This document shows, in pieces, positions 9,135 to 19,082 of a stretch of 64,000 bases of DNA. A model generated the notes under the pieces. The model was given only the letters and a program-made list of their open reading frames with translations, did no database searches and was not told the DNA's origin. The position numbers and the translations under genes are program-made. Numbering within the stretch: position 1 is the stretch's first letter; each line of letters opens with the position of its first letter. This DNA is from Candidatus Latescibacterota bacterium (GTDB lineage: Bacteria; Latescibacterota; UBA2968; UBA8231). The DNA is taken from NCBI GenBank assembly GCA_965261395.1, contig OZ253462.1, forward strand, positions 5,312,001 to 5,376,000, given 5' to 3'.

Positions 9135-10361
9135 TCAACCCGCGCTGCGCGCGGCCCGCACTCGCTCGATTTCGGCGAGCCGCTCCTGCGCGGCGGAAAA
9201 TTCGGGATGGAGTTTGAGGACCTGCTCAAAGACCGCGGCGGCCTTATTGATGTACCCGAACTCTAGGTGGAGCATCCCCAAGTTGTAGGTGGCCTCCGGG
9301 GTGCGCGGCGACCGGCTCGCGGCCCGTTTGAGGCTGGCAAGCCGTCCCTCGTATTCCTTGAGCTTGGCAAAGACCTTCATTAGCTCCTGGCCCTCGTCGC
9401 TGCGGCCCTGCTTGAGGTAGAGCTGGGCCAAGCTGTAGTGGGCACCCGCATGGCCGGGATCGCGCTTTATGGCCTCTAAGTAGTAGGTGGCGGCCTGTTC
9501 CTCGTGCCCTAGCTTGGCCGTCACTGCGCCCAAGCGGTGATAGGAGTCGGCGTGGGCTGCGTCCTTGAGCAGGGCTTGGTGAAAGTAACTCCGCGCCGCT
9601 TCGAGCTTGCCTTCCTGCTCGCTGATAACGCCGAGGTCGTAAAACGCGCTCGCCGTCTCGACGCCGAGTTCCACGGCGCGCCGATAGGCCGCCCTAGCTT
9701 CTGCGTATTGGCTCAAGGCCATGTTGCTCTCGCCCAAGAGCGCGTACACCCCCCCTTCGTCCGGGTGGTCTAAGAGGGCGCGCTGGTACTCGGCAATGGC
9801 TTCGCCCAGGCGGTGCTGCAAGTGATAGACTCTCCCCAAATTGGCCCGGGCTTGCAGGAAGTTCGGCACCAAGCGCACGGCTTTCTCGTACTGAGCGGCG
9901 GCCTCTGGGTAAAGGCCCTGTTGCTGGTAGAGATAGCCGAGATTGTAGTACACCGCCCCAAAGTCGGGCCGGAGCGCGAGCGCCTTCTTATAGCTGTCCT
10001 CTGCTGCTAAAAAACGGTCCAACCCGTCGAGCGAAACGGCGAGGCCGATCTGCGCCTCAAAGTGCTCGGGGGCCAGCGCCAGTGCCTGTTCGAAGTGGGG
10101 AATCGCCGCGTCAAAGTGCTCTAGCGCCGCGTGCGTTACGCCTAGATTGCTATGGGCTTGGGCGAGGTCTGGATCCAGCTTGACGGCCTGCTGATAGTAG
10201 CGGGCCGCTTCGTCCATTTGGCCTTGAGCGCGCAAGCGGTCGCCTTGCTCGACGGCTTCTCGCGCGGCGTTTGCCTGGTACTGCGAGTACCAGTACGAGC
10301 CGCCCAAGCCGAGGGCAATCGCCAGCGCGGCTCCTACGATATAAAAGAGACGACGCAGCAC
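9135..10361 (-). CDS. Tetratricopeptide repeat protein, N-terminally membrane-anchored
   Basis: Repeated AHSNLG/VYYNLG/ARANLG TPR units; N-terminal hydrophobic helix; GTG start. Confidence 0.9.
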   Translation of the reverse strand: MLRRLFYIVGAALAIALGLGGSYWYSQYQANAAREAVEQGDRLRAQGQMDEAARYYQQAVKLDPDLAQAHSNLGVTHAALEHFDAAIPHFEQALALAPEHFEAQIGLAVSLDGLDRFLAAEDSYKKALALRPDFGAVYYNLGYLYQQQGLYPEAAAQYEKAVRLVPNFLQARANLGRVYHLQHRLGEAIAEYQRALLDHPDEGGVYALLGESNMALSQYAEARAAYRRAVELGVETASAFYDLGVISEQEGKLEAARSYFHQALLKDAAHADSYHRLGAVTAKLGHEEQAATYYLEAIKRDPGHAGAHYSLAQLYLKQGRSDEGQELMKVFAKLKEYEGRLASLKRAASRSPRTPEATYNLGMLHLEFGYINKAAAVFEQVLKLHPEFSAAQERLAEIERVRAARSAG

Positions 10362-10413
10362 TTGCTCAGGGTGGGGGTTTTCGCTGCCCTGTCAGATATG
10401 GGACTCGTGTACA

Positions 10414-10866
10414 CTACTGCCGGACAACTTCTAGCGCGGTCATGATCTGATCTTGGCTCCAAGTTCCTCCGAGCCGGAGCGAACTCGTCGCTATGGAGCC
10501 GGTGATCGTGTCTTCTTCTTTGGTGAAGGCATAGACCGTCTTGGCATTGAGGTAGCGCAGCTCTAAGGTAATCTGGCCGGGATCGTCGGGCTGGAGAATG
10601 TCGATTTCCTGGATAAAATCGTTGCGGCCCTCGCCATAGATCAACGTGGCAGACAGGGTAACTTTCTTAGGGTTGACCCGCACAATGCTTATTGAAACGG
10701 GGCGATCTTGCCCACTGACGCCATTGGATAGGGCGAAATCTCCGGTGCCTTCGTATTCGCCGACCCAAGCATCGGCGTAATCGGGCGTCGGTTGAACGGC
10801 TTCATCCGAACCGCAACTTAGGGTCGTCAAGAGGCCCACTAGGGCCAACCATGTCCATTGTTTCAT
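10414..10866 (-). CDS. Hypothetical lipoprotein
   Basis: Start reassigned to ATG 10866 (MKQWTWLALVGLLTTLSC, lipobox) with GGAGG upstream; the longer ORF-track start would overlap the divergent gene. Confidence 0.7.
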   Translation of the reverse strand: MKQWTWLALVGLLTTLSCGSDEAVQPTPDYADAWVGEYEGTGDFALSNGVSGQDRPVSISIVRVNPKKVTLSATLIYGEGRNDFIQEIDILQPDDPGQITLELRYLNAKTVYAFTKEEDTITGSIATSSLRLGGTWSQDQIMTALEVVRQ

Positions 10867-10978
10867 CGCGCGTACCTCCACAGAGATTTTGTTCGGCAAA
10901 AGTATAGCGCACAACGCGGCGTGAATCAACCACCTTGTGCCGCTGCCACTCGCCAATTCTCCCTTCAGTTCGTACACT

Positions 10979-13258
10979 ATGCAGCGCAAAATGTATCCAC
11001 TGCCAAAGACGCCAACGCGCTTAGGTATCGCGCTCGCCGCCTTCTTGGGCTGTGCCTCCGAGCCGCCCCTTCCCGCGCAGAGCACGCAGCGCTACCAACA
11101 AGCCCGTCAGTACCTAGCGGCCGGCCGCCTAGACACCGCCGCCCACGTGCTCGAAGCACTCGTCCAGCGCGACACCCTGCACTACGAGGCCGCGCTCACG
11201 CTCGGGGAAATCTACTTGCGGCAACGGCGCTACCAACAAGCCTTGTCGCCGCTCGCCCGCGCCCAGAGACTCGCGCCCGAGCGTATCGAGGCCCGGTTGC
11301 AGTTGGCCCAGACCCTAAATAAACTCGGGCGTCAAGCCGAGGCCCGCGCCCTTTTCGATTCCCTCGTGGCGGCCTTCCCCGGCAACGCGGTCGCCTGCAT
11401 GGCATACGCCGACCTCCTGATGACGCAAGACCAACCCGACGCCGCGGGTGCCCGCGCCCAGTACGAAGCCATCCTCGCCGTCGATCCTAAGCACTACCGA
11501 GCGCGCTCTGGCAAGGCCGCCTCACTGTTGCGCTTGGGCGATTTTGCCGGCGCAGCCGTCCGCCTCGACAGCTTGCTCGCCGAGCGAGCGAGCGACGTGT
11601 ACCTATCCTTCCTCTTGGGCGCGGCCCACCACCACTTGCGCCAATACCCCGAGGCCGTCGCCGCGTACAAGCGCGCCATTGACGTCCTGCCCCCGGCGTC
11701 GCCACAGCGCACCGTGCGCCAGTGGAACCTGCGACTGGCCTATATCGAGGCATATGGCACCTACCCAGGCGACCTCGAACCGGCCCATCAGATCGGCTTG
11801 GCACCGCTGGCCGAGGCGTCGCCGGTGCGCTTTACCGATGTGGCCGCAGCATCCGGCGTCGGCAAGCGCGATCGAGGGCGCGGCGTGGCGTGGCTCGACT
11901 ACGACACCGACGGCGACCCGGACCTCTTCGCCGCCGGCATCCAAGCCCCGCACGCACTCTACCGCAACGACGGCGACGGCCGCTTTGCCGACGTATCTGC
12001 CGCAGCCGACCTCGCAGACCCGCGCGGCGGCTGGGCGGCCATTGCCGCAGACTACGACGGCGATGGCCACCCCGACCTCTTTGCCACCCGCGAGGCTTGG
12101 GAGGGCCTCGCGCCTAACTCGCTCTATCGCAATCAGGGCGATGGCACCTTTCGCGATGTCGCGCCCCAAGCCGGAGTCGCTGGCACAGACGACAGCTTCA
12201 TAGCTGTCTGGACCGACTACGATAACGATGGCCTGCCGGATCTGTACGTGGCCTCGGGCATCACCGGCAGCGGGCGGCCCAATCGTCTCTACCACAATCA
12301 AGGGGACGGCACCTTTGCCGACCGCGGCGAGCAGGCCGGCGTGGCCTACCGCGGCAAAACTCTCGGCGTGACCTGTGGTGACTACGACGGCGACGGCGAC
12401 AGCGACCTCTACGCCATTGACGTGGCCGCCCCCAACCATCTCTACCGCAACGACGGGCACCACTTCAGCGACGTCACTGCCGAGGCCGGCGTGGCCAAAC
12501 CGGGCGAGGGCAGCTACGTGGGATTTTTCATCGACGGCGACGGCGACGGCGACCGCGACCTCTTCGTCTCGGCCATGAACTTTTACGAAGACATCGTGCA
12601 ATCGCAGGTCACGGGGCTGGCCCTGCGCCCGAACCGCGCTTATCTCTACCGCAACGACGGGGAGACCTTCCGCGACATTGCCCCTCAGCAGGGGCTGGCC
12701 CGCTCCTTTGGCTCGATGGGCGCGGGCTATGGCGACGTGGACTACGACGGTCTAATCGACATCTATCTGGCCAATGGTGGTCCCATAATGGCGCGCTTTG
12801 AACCCAACACCCTATTCCACAATCGCGGCGACCGCTTTGCCGACATCACGGCCGCAGCCGGCGTCGGCAACCCGGGCAAGGGACACGGCGTGGGTTTTGC
12901 TGACTACGACCTCGACGGTGATCTCGACCTTTATACCGCGGTCGGCGGCCACTACCCAGGCGACTTGTGGGCCAACAGCCTGTACCGCAACGAGGGTCAT
13001 TCCAACCACTTTCTCGGCGTGGATTTAGGGCCTCAAGCCATCGGCGCGCAGTTGCGCCTGCGCGCCCAAGATCTGCTCGGGGTCGTGGAAATCAGCAGCG
13101 GTCCGGGGTTCGGATCGTCCAACAGCTTATCCCCGGCCATCGGCCTAGGGGCGCGCACCCGCGTCGATACCCTCGAAATCCGCTGGCCCACCGGCGTGCA
13201 GCAAGTGTACGCCGATCTGGAAATCGACCGCTTCCACCGCTTTGTCGGGCAGCCCTGA
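10979..13258 (+). CDS. TPR + FG-GAP + ASPIC/UnbV (CRTAC1-like) lipoprotein
   Basis: Lipobox AFLGC; N-terminal TPRs; several DYDxDGxxDL repeats; C-terminal GLGARTRVDTLEIRWP. Start could also be 10991. Confidence 0.88.
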   Translation: MQRKMYPLPKTPTRLGIALAAFLGCASEPPLPAQSTQRYQQARQYLAAGRLDTAAHVLEALVQRDTLHYEAALTLGEIYLRQRRYQQALSPLARAQRLAPERIEARLQLAQTLNKLGRQAEARALFDSLVAAFPGNAVACMAYADLLMTQDQPDAAGARAQYEAILAVDPKHYRARSGKAASLLRLGDFAGAAVRLDSLLAERASDVYLSFLLGAAHHHLRQYPEAVAAYKRAIDVLPPASPQRTVRQWNLRLAYIEAYGTYPGDLEPAHQIGLAPLAEASPVRFTDVAAASGVGKRDRGRGVAWLDYDTDGDPDLFAAGIQAPHALYRNDGDGRFADVSAAADLADPRGGWAAIAADYDGDGHPDLFATREAWEGLAPNSLYRNQGDGTFRDVAPQAGVAGTDDSFIAVWTDYDNDGLPDLYVASGITGSGRPNRLYHNQGDGTFADRGEQAGVAYRGKTLGVTCGDYDGDGDSDLYAIDVAAPNHLYRNDGHHFSDVTAEAGVAKPGEGSYVGFFIDGDGDGDRDLFVSAMNFYEDIVQSQVTGLALRPNRAYLYRNDGETFRDIAPQQGLARSFGSMGAGYGDVDYDGLIDIYLANGGPIMARFEPNTLFHNRGDRFADITAAAGVGNPGKGHGVGFADYDLDGDLDLYTAVGGHYPGDLWANSLYRNEGHSNHFLGVDLGPQAIGAQLRLRAQDLLGVVEISSGPGFGSSNSLSPAIGLGARTRVDTLEIRWPTGVQQVYADLEIDRFHRFVGQP

Positions 13259-13259
13259 G

Positions 13260-14471
13260 ATGGTGTGGCGACTATTCTGCACGGTATTTGCGCTCGCCTC
13301 CTGCGCATCCGATCCAGCACCAGCACCGGATGCAACCGCTCACCTCGCTCGCGCCCGCGCTCACTTTGTGTCGACTCACTTTGAAGAAGCGGCCGCAGCC
13401 GCCCGCGCCGGGCTAGCCATCGACTCAACGAACGCAGACCTCCACAATGTGCTGGCCTCGTCCCATGCGGCTCAGGGCCGCTACGCACTGGCCATAGAAT
13501 CCCTCGAAGCAACCGTGCGCCTCAAGCCCGATTACGCCATGGGCTTTGTCAATCTCGGCGGGATCTACACCAAGCTGGGCCAGTACGATCGCGCCGACAC
13601 CTATCTCCAGCGCGCCGTCCAACTCAACCCCGACAACTCGCCGGTGCGCCGGCGCTTGGGGGAGCTGTACTTATCCACAGGGCGCTATGCCGAGGCCACC
13701 CGCGAGCTGCTCGAAGCCCTGCGCCTCTTTCCCAACGACGCCACGCTCTACTACTACCTCGGCCAAAGCCTCGCGACCGAGGACCGGCAGGACGATGCCT
13801 TGGAGGCCTTTCAGCGCGCCACCTTGCTCGATATCGGCTTTGCCGACGCCTTCTATCGCCTCGCCACCCTCGCCCGCAAGGCTGGCCACGACATCTTGGC
13901 GCAGCAGGCCCTGACGAGCTTTGAGCACCTGCAAACACTCGGCGGCAAGGAGGTCAAGCGGCTGCGTGCAGCCATCCTCAACGCGCCCGAAGAAGCCGCT
14001 CATCACTACAACCTCGGCCTGTTCTTCGTCCGGCACGGGTACTTTGCCCAAGCCGAGAACAAATTCGACCGGGCCGTCGCCCTGCGTCCCGGGGACCTCG
14101 CCCTGCTCAACCGCCTCGCCGGCGATCTCCTGAAGCTGCAACAGCCCGAGGCCGCGCTCCGTTACTTACAGGCCGCCCTCGACCAAGACCCAGCGCATTT
14201 TCCCGCCTTGCTCAGCGCCGGCCACATCGCCGGCCAGCTCAGGCGCTACGACGAGGCCGTCGCCTACTGCCGCCGAGTAGTGGCGGCGCGCCCAGACGAC
14301 GCCGAGGGCTGGTACCTCCTCGGCTTGGGCTTGTTCAGCAATGGAGAACGCGCCGCCGCTGAACAGGCGTTGCGCCGCAGCCTAGCGCTGAGCGCGGACG
14401 CCGAGGAACTGCGCGCTAAAACCCAGCAACTTCTCAACACCCTGCAACAACAATCCACAGGAACGCCTTGA
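13260..14471 (+). CDS. TPR-repeat lipoprotein
   Basis: MVWRLFCTVFALASC lipobox; TPR units throughout. Confidence 0.85.
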   Translation: MVWRLFCTVFALASCASDPAPAPDATAHLARARAHFVSTHFEEAAAAARAGLAIDSTNADLHNVLASSHAAQGRYALAIESLEATVRLKPDYAMGFVNLGGIYTKLGQYDRADTYLQRAVQLNPDNSPVRRRLGELYLSTGRYAEATRELLEALRLFPNDATLYYYLGQSLATEDRQDDALEAFQRATLLDIGFADAFYRLATLARKAGHDILAQQALTSFEHLQTLGGKEVKRLRAAILNAPEEAAHHYNLGLFFVRHGYFAQAENKFDRAVALRPGDLALLNRLAGDLLKLQQPEAALRYLQAALDQDPAHFPALLSAGHIAGQLRRYDEAVAYCRRVVAARPDDAEGWYLLGLGLFSNGERAAAEQALRRSLALSADAEELRAKTQQLLNTLQQQSTGTP

Positions 14472-15280
14472 CCGCGCTACTTTCGCTCCTTTTGCCCCTC
14501 GCCCTCTATGTCGCTTGTAGCGAGTCAGACTCCCGCGCCGAGGATTGGTCCCAACACTATCAAGCCGGGCGCACAGCCCTCGGCCAGAGTCGCTTCACCG
14601 AGGCCGAACAAGCCCTATCCCATGCCTTGACCTTAGCGGAGGCGTGGGACTCCGACGACCCGCGCTACGACCGCACCGCCCACCAGCTCGCCCAGCTCCA
14701 CGTCGTGCGCGGTGAACTCGCGCGGGCCGAAAGCCTCTACCAACACTTGCGCGAGCGGCAAGCGGCTTTCCCGGACGACCATCCCGACAAGATGTTGACG
14801 CTCGACAAGCTAGGCGACACCTATCGGCTCCAGCAGCGGCCGGCCGAGGCCGCCGCGCTCTACGACCGCGTCCTCGCCTTTCAGCAGGTGCATCGAGGCG
14901 ATGAAGAAGTTGCCGCGACCATGCAGAAGTTATCCGACCTCTACCGAGCACGGGGCGACCACGCCGCGGCCGATTCCCTCGCTCTGCGAGCCCAAGCCCT
15001 AAACCTCCGCGCCCGCGCCCATGCCCTGTTCCTCCAAGGCCACTACCAACAGGCCGCACCCCTGTACCACAGCGCGCTGACCCTGCAAGCGGGCGATCAT
15101 CCCGACTTGGCTCGCACCTGTTACTACCTAGGCCGCCTGTACGACGCGCAGGATCGCTATCGGCAAGCCGAACACTTCTACCGGCGCGCCCTTGCCGCGT
15201 CTCCCACCAGCGACCCCGATCGAGTCAATGCAGCACTCGCCGACCTACTTGCCCGCAAGGCTGCATCCGCCCATCCCTAA
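14468..15280 (+). CDS. TPR-repeat (kinesin-light-chain-like) lipoprotein
   Basis: LYVAC lipobox; DHPDxxxTLxxLG / AEHFYRRAL repeats; overlaps the previous stop. Confidence 0.8.
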   Translation: MTALLSLLLPLALYVACSESDSRAEDWSQHYQAGRTALGQSRFTEAEQALSHALTLAEAWDSDDPRYDRTAHQLAQLHVVRGELARAESLYQHLRERQAAFPDDHPDKMLTLDKLGDTYRLQQRPAEAAALYDRVLAFQQVHRGDEEVAATMQKLSDLYRARGDHAAADSLALRAQALNLRARAHALFLQGHYQQAAPLYHSALTLQAGDHPDLARTCYYLGRLYDAQDRYRQAEHFYRRALAASPTSDPDRVNAALADLLARKAASAHP

Positions 15281-15300
15281 CGCTCACAGGAGTCTCTTGT

Positions 15301-16302
15301 ATGAACCGTCCCCCCACAGAGTTCAAGCGCATCGCTGCCGCCGACCTCAGATCCTTTGGCACGGCCTGCCTGCGCGCCGCTGGCATGTCTGCCGCCCACG
15401 CCGCGCAGTTGGCCGACCTGCTGACCAATTCGGACTTGCGCGGCGTGCGCTCGCACGGCACTCGCGCCCTGTACGGGTATTGCTGCACGCTCCGCGACAA
15501 AAAGGCCAACCCCGCCCCAGACATCCGCGTCCTGCGCGAAACCGACACCCATGTCTTTGTCGATGGAGATGGCAGCCTCGGGTACGCGCCAACCATGCTG
15601 GCCACAGAACGCGCCATTGCCAAGGCCAAGGAAAAGGGCCTCGCCATCGGCGCGGCCTGCCACATTGGGCATTACGGCTCAGCGGGACACTACGTGCGCC
15701 GCGCCATGGCGGAAAATTGCGTGGGCTTCTCGGTGCAAGCGGCCTATCCCCAGTACTACCCCAGTAACGACGGCAAGCACGCCGCCCACTACGGCAACCC
15801 GCCTTTGTGCTTTGGCCTGCCTGGGCAAGAAGGGCCACCGGTGGTACTCGACGTGGCCACCTGTATCCTCGCCGACTACCAGCGCGGCGAGCAGATCGAA
15901 GCCATTGAAGAGCTGATCCCGGCGGCCTTCTTCAAATCTATGGGCTACACCGCGGTCGCCACCCTGCTCGGCGGAGCCTTTGTCGGCCAAGGCGGTGACC
16001 GCGCCCGCGAGATCGCCGCGCAATGGCCAGCGGCGCGCATGGGCAGCCTAATCCTCGTCCTCGACTTGGGCCTTTTCGCGCCCGCTCCACAAGTGCGCCA
16101 CGGCGTCGATGAGTTGGTGCGCCTAGCGGGCGAGCAGATGATCCCGCTGCGCGGGTACGACGAAGTCACCCTACCCGGCACACCCGAACACCGCAACGAG
16201 GAAGCGTACGCACGCGACGGCGTCCCCATCGGCGTAGAGGACGTCGAGCGCCTAGCCGAGTGCGGCCAAGCCTTTGGCGTTGCGCCCCCGTGGCTGGACT
16301 AA
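15301..16302 (+). CDS. Ldh_2 family (malate/L-lactate/sulfolactate dehydrogenase-like) oxidoreductase
   Basis: DLRGVRSHG, VDGDGSLGY, GHYGSAG, YGNPPL, VLDVAT and LPG motifs. Confidence 0.88.
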   Translation: MNRPPTEFKRIAAADLRSFGTACLRAAGMSAAHAAQLADLLTNSDLRGVRSHGTRALYGYCCTLRDKKANPAPDIRVLRETDTHVFVDGDGSLGYAPTMLATERAIAKAKEKGLAIGAACHIGHYGSAGHYVRRAMAENCVGFSVQAAYPQYYPSNDGKHAAHYGNPPLCFGLPGQEGPPVVLDVATCILADYQRGEQIEAIEELIPAAFFKSMGYTAVATLLGGAFVGQGGDRAREIAAQWPAARMGSLILVLDLGLFAPAPQVRHGVDELVRLAGEQMIPLRGYDEVTLPGTPEHRNEEAYARDGVPIGVEDVERLAECGQAFGVAPPWLD

Positions 16303-16349
16303 CACCGTGCCGGTTCCTACCTTAACGAACCGCAAAAAGGAGACATTCT

Positions 16350-17216
16350 ATGAGCCTGACGCGCGCGCGCCACGCCGAGCTCAAGCGCTATGCCATTCAA
16401 TTGCGCCGCCTAGTCGTCGAGTCGGTTCACCACGCTGGGGCCGGCCACTTGGGCGGCCCCATGTCCGCAGCCGAGCTGCTCGTCGCCCTGTACTTTGCCG
16501 AGTTGAACATCGACCCGGCCCGGCCTCGCGATGAAAACCGCGACCGCTTCATCCTGTCCAAGGGGCACTCCTCGATCGGTCTCTACGCGGCCTTGGCCCT
16601 GCGCGGCTACCTGCCCATTGAGGAACTCGCCACCTTTGACGCCATTGACTCCCGCCTACAGGGCCACCCGGACATGAGCGTCCTCCCCGGCCTCGACATG
16701 TCCACCGGCTCGCTGGGCCAGGGCCTGTCGCCCGGCCTCGGCATGGCCCTCGCCGCCCGTCTGAAGGGGCAGGATTTTCGCACTTGGGTGATGATCGGCG
16801 ACGGCGACTCTCAGGAGGGGCAGATCTGGGAGGCGGCCTTTGTCGCGGCGCGCTATGGCCTCGACAATCTCACCGCCATCCTCGACTGGAACGGCCTCCA
16901 GCAATACGGCTGGGCCACTGAAAAAGGCTACGGCGAACTCGACCGCTTGGCAGCACAGGAAAATCCACTCAGCCGCTGGCGTGCCTTTGGCTGGAACACC
17001 ATCGAGACCGACGGCCACGACTTCCACGCCATCTTCTCGGCCTTTGCCGCGGCCAAAGCACACCGCGACCAACCCACCATCATCGTCGCCCGCACGGTCA
17101 AAGGCAAAGGGATATCCTACATGGAAAACGACTTCAACTGGCACTCCAAGCCGGTGACCGACCAAGACCTCAAACAAGCGCAAGACGAACTCGCCGTGCA
17201 GGAGGCCGCGCTGTGA
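16350..17216 (+). CDS. Transketolase, N-terminal (TPP-binding) subunit
   Basis: GHLGG, DRFILSKGH, LQGHP, STGSLGQG and GDGDSQEG..WEA motifs. Confidence 0.95.
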   Translation: MSLTRARHAELKRYAIQLRRLVVESVHHAGAGHLGGPMSAAELLVALYFAELNIDPARPRDENRDRFILSKGHSSIGLYAALALRGYLPIEELATFDAIDSRLQGHPDMSVLPGLDMSTGSLGQGLSPGLGMALAARLKGQDFRTWVMIGDGDSQEGQIWEAAFVAARYGLDNLTAILDWNGLQQYGWATEKGYGELDRLAAQENPLSRWRAFGWNTIETDGHDFHAIFSAFAAAKAHRDQPTIIVARTVKGKGISYMENDFNWHSKPVTDQDLKQAQDELAVQEAAL

Positions 17217-18160
17217 ACCTCTCCACCACCGGCGAGATGCTAGCCCAGCGCGACGCCTTCGGCGACGCACTCATCGAACTCATTGATCGCGACCCGCGCG
17301 TGTACGTGCTAGACGGCGACTTGGCCAATTCGACCAAGGCCGACAAAGTTTCCCGCGAGCGGCCCAACCGCTTCCTCGAAATGGGCATTGCCGAGCAAAA
17401 CATGATGGGGGTCGCCGCCGGCATGACCACCTGCGGCCTCGTGCCGTGGCTGAGCAGCTTCGCCTGCTTCATCGTCAACCGCGATCTCGATCAGCTCCGC
17501 ATCGTCGTCGCCCAGCCCAACCTGCCGGTCAAGCTCTGCGGCGCTTACTCGGGCCTGTTGACTGGCAAAACTGGCAAAACCCATCAAGAAGTCGCCGACA
17601 TCTCCGTCATGCGGGCCATGCCGAATATGACCGTTTTGGCCCCGGCCGACGCCGTAGAAGTCCGCGCCTGTATGCTGGTGGCCAACGATCTGCCCGGCCC
17701 CGTGTACGTGCGCATGACGCGCGACCCAGAGCCGGTCATTTTTTCAGCGGACTACGAGTTTGAGCTGGGCCGCGCCATTGTCGTGCGCGAGGGCGCCGAC
17801 GTCGCCCTCATCTCCACGGGGGCCCAAACCCCGCGCTGCCTCACCGCGGCCGACGAATTGGCGAATGAGGGGATCTCAGCGCTTGTCCTGCACGTGCCGA
17901 CTCTCAAGCCACTCGACGCAGATGCCATTGTCGCCGCCGCCGAGCAGACGGGCCGCGTCGTAACGGCTGAAGACCACACGATCATCGGTGGCTTGGGCGG
18001 CGCGGTCGCCGAAGTGCTAGGCGAGCGGCGTCCCACGCCCATGCGGCGCGTCGGCATCCGCGACGTATTCGGCGAATCCGCACCCAACGAAGACCTGCTG
18101 CGAAAATACGGCCTGACTCCCGGGCACGTCGCGCAGACGGCGCGGGTGCTGCTCTCTTGA
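17213..18160 (+). CDS. Transketolase, C-terminal (pyrimidine-binding) subunit
   Basis: MGIAEQNM, GKTHQ, EDHTIIGGLG and DVFGES motifs; GTGA overlap with the N subunit. Confidence 0.95.
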   Translation: MNLSTTGEMLAQRDAFGDALIELIDRDPRVYVLDGDLANSTKADKVSRERPNRFLEMGIAEQNMMGVAAGMTTCGLVPWLSSFACFIVNRDLDQLRIVVAQPNLPVKLCGAYSGLLTGKTGKTHQEVADISVMRAMPNMTVLAPADAVEVRACMLVANDLPGPVYVRMTRDPEPVIFSADYEFELGRAIVVREGADVALISTGAQTPRCLTAADELANEGISALVLHVPTLKPLDADAIVAAAEQTGRVVTAEDHTIIGGLGGAVAEVLGERRPTPMRRVGIRDVFGESAPNEDLLRKYGLTPGHVAQTARVLLS

Positions 18161-18298
18161 CCGCCGTATCCAAATGCCCGTAATTAAATATGATTGCACT
18201 ACTGCAACCGATAACCACAAGCTGCTGATGACAAAACATACTGGGTTTACTTGCCACACAGGGTGTTTGTTCACCAGCAAAAGCTCATACGAGCCATT

Positions 18299-18329
18299 AG
18301 AGTGCATCTCAGATGCACTCTTTTTCTTT
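18299..18329 (+). terminator. Hairpin plus T tract (terminator-like) upstream of the zinc-ribbon gene
   Basis: AGAGTGCATC-TCA-GATGCACTCT followed by TTTTCTTT. Confidence 0.65.
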
Positions 18330-18358
18330 GGCCGGTGCCACAGGAAACGAGAGGCCGC

Positions 18359-19078
18359 ATGAAAGAGGGTTTGCTGCAACTATTGAAGCTCCAAGAAGTC
18401 GATAAAAAGCTCTTCTCGCTCGAAGAGGCCAAAGAAAAATATCCCGCTGAAATCGACCTGCGTCGCAGCAGGATAGCAAAAGCGCGGTCCGGCTTGGCCG
18501 ATCTAGAGGCCCAAAGCGCGGAGTTCGCCAAGCAGCAGCGGCACTGCGAGCGCGAGATCGAAAGCAGCAAAGCCACCCTGCGCGAGCGCGAGGAGCGCTT
18601 TTCCGTAGTAACCACTAACAAGGAATACGATTCTCTCCAACTCGAGATCGAGATCTGCAAAAAGGCCATTGCCGAGCACGAGACGCAGTTGCTCAAAGCC
18701 ATTGAGGGCCTAGAGCGGATTCAAGAGCAGATCGCCGAAGAGCAAGATGCTTTTGAGAAAGTCCGCGAGGTCGAGCAAGAGCGCATTGACGAACTCGAAG
18801 GCCAGCTCGGCACCATGCAGGAACAAATCGACGAAGTCGCAGCGAGCCGCCAGGTGGTCGCCAAGAGCATCGAGGACATTGACGCCCAATTGATGCGGAC
18901 GTACGAGCGCAAAAAGGGGCGGCGCGGCATTCGCGTCGCAGCCGTGCGCAAGGATGCTTGCGGAGCTTGCTTCCACCAGATGCCTGCCCAAATTCACAAC
19001 GAGATCCGCATCGGCGGCCGCGTTATCTACTGCGAAAGCTGTGGCACCATCATGGTCTGGGATGAGCAGTCGGTTTGA
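18359..19078 (+). CDS. Coiled-coil C4-type zinc-ribbon protein (DUF164/CT398-like)
   Basis: LLKLQEVD N-terminus, long coiled coil, CGAC...CESC C-terminus; ATG at 18359. Confidence 0.9.
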   Translation: MKEGLLQLLKLQEVDKKLFSLEEAKEKYPAEIDLRRSRIAKARSGLADLEAQSAEFAKQQRHCEREIESSKATLREREERFSVVTTNKEYDSLQLEIEICKKAIAEHETQLLKAIEGLERIQEQIAEEQDAFEKVREVEQERIDELEGQLGTMQEQIDEVAASRQVVAKSIEDIDAQLMRTYERKKGRRGIRVAAVRKDACGACFHQMPAQIHNEIRIGGRVIYCESCGTIMVWDEQSV

Positions 19079-19082
19079 CTTT

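Noticed and set aside
7584-13512. Numerous 60-330-aa alternative-frame ORFs over the FG-GAP/TPR genes
   Set aside because: Antisense or shifted shadows expected at high GC; Arg/Pro/Ala- or Val-rich with no motifs
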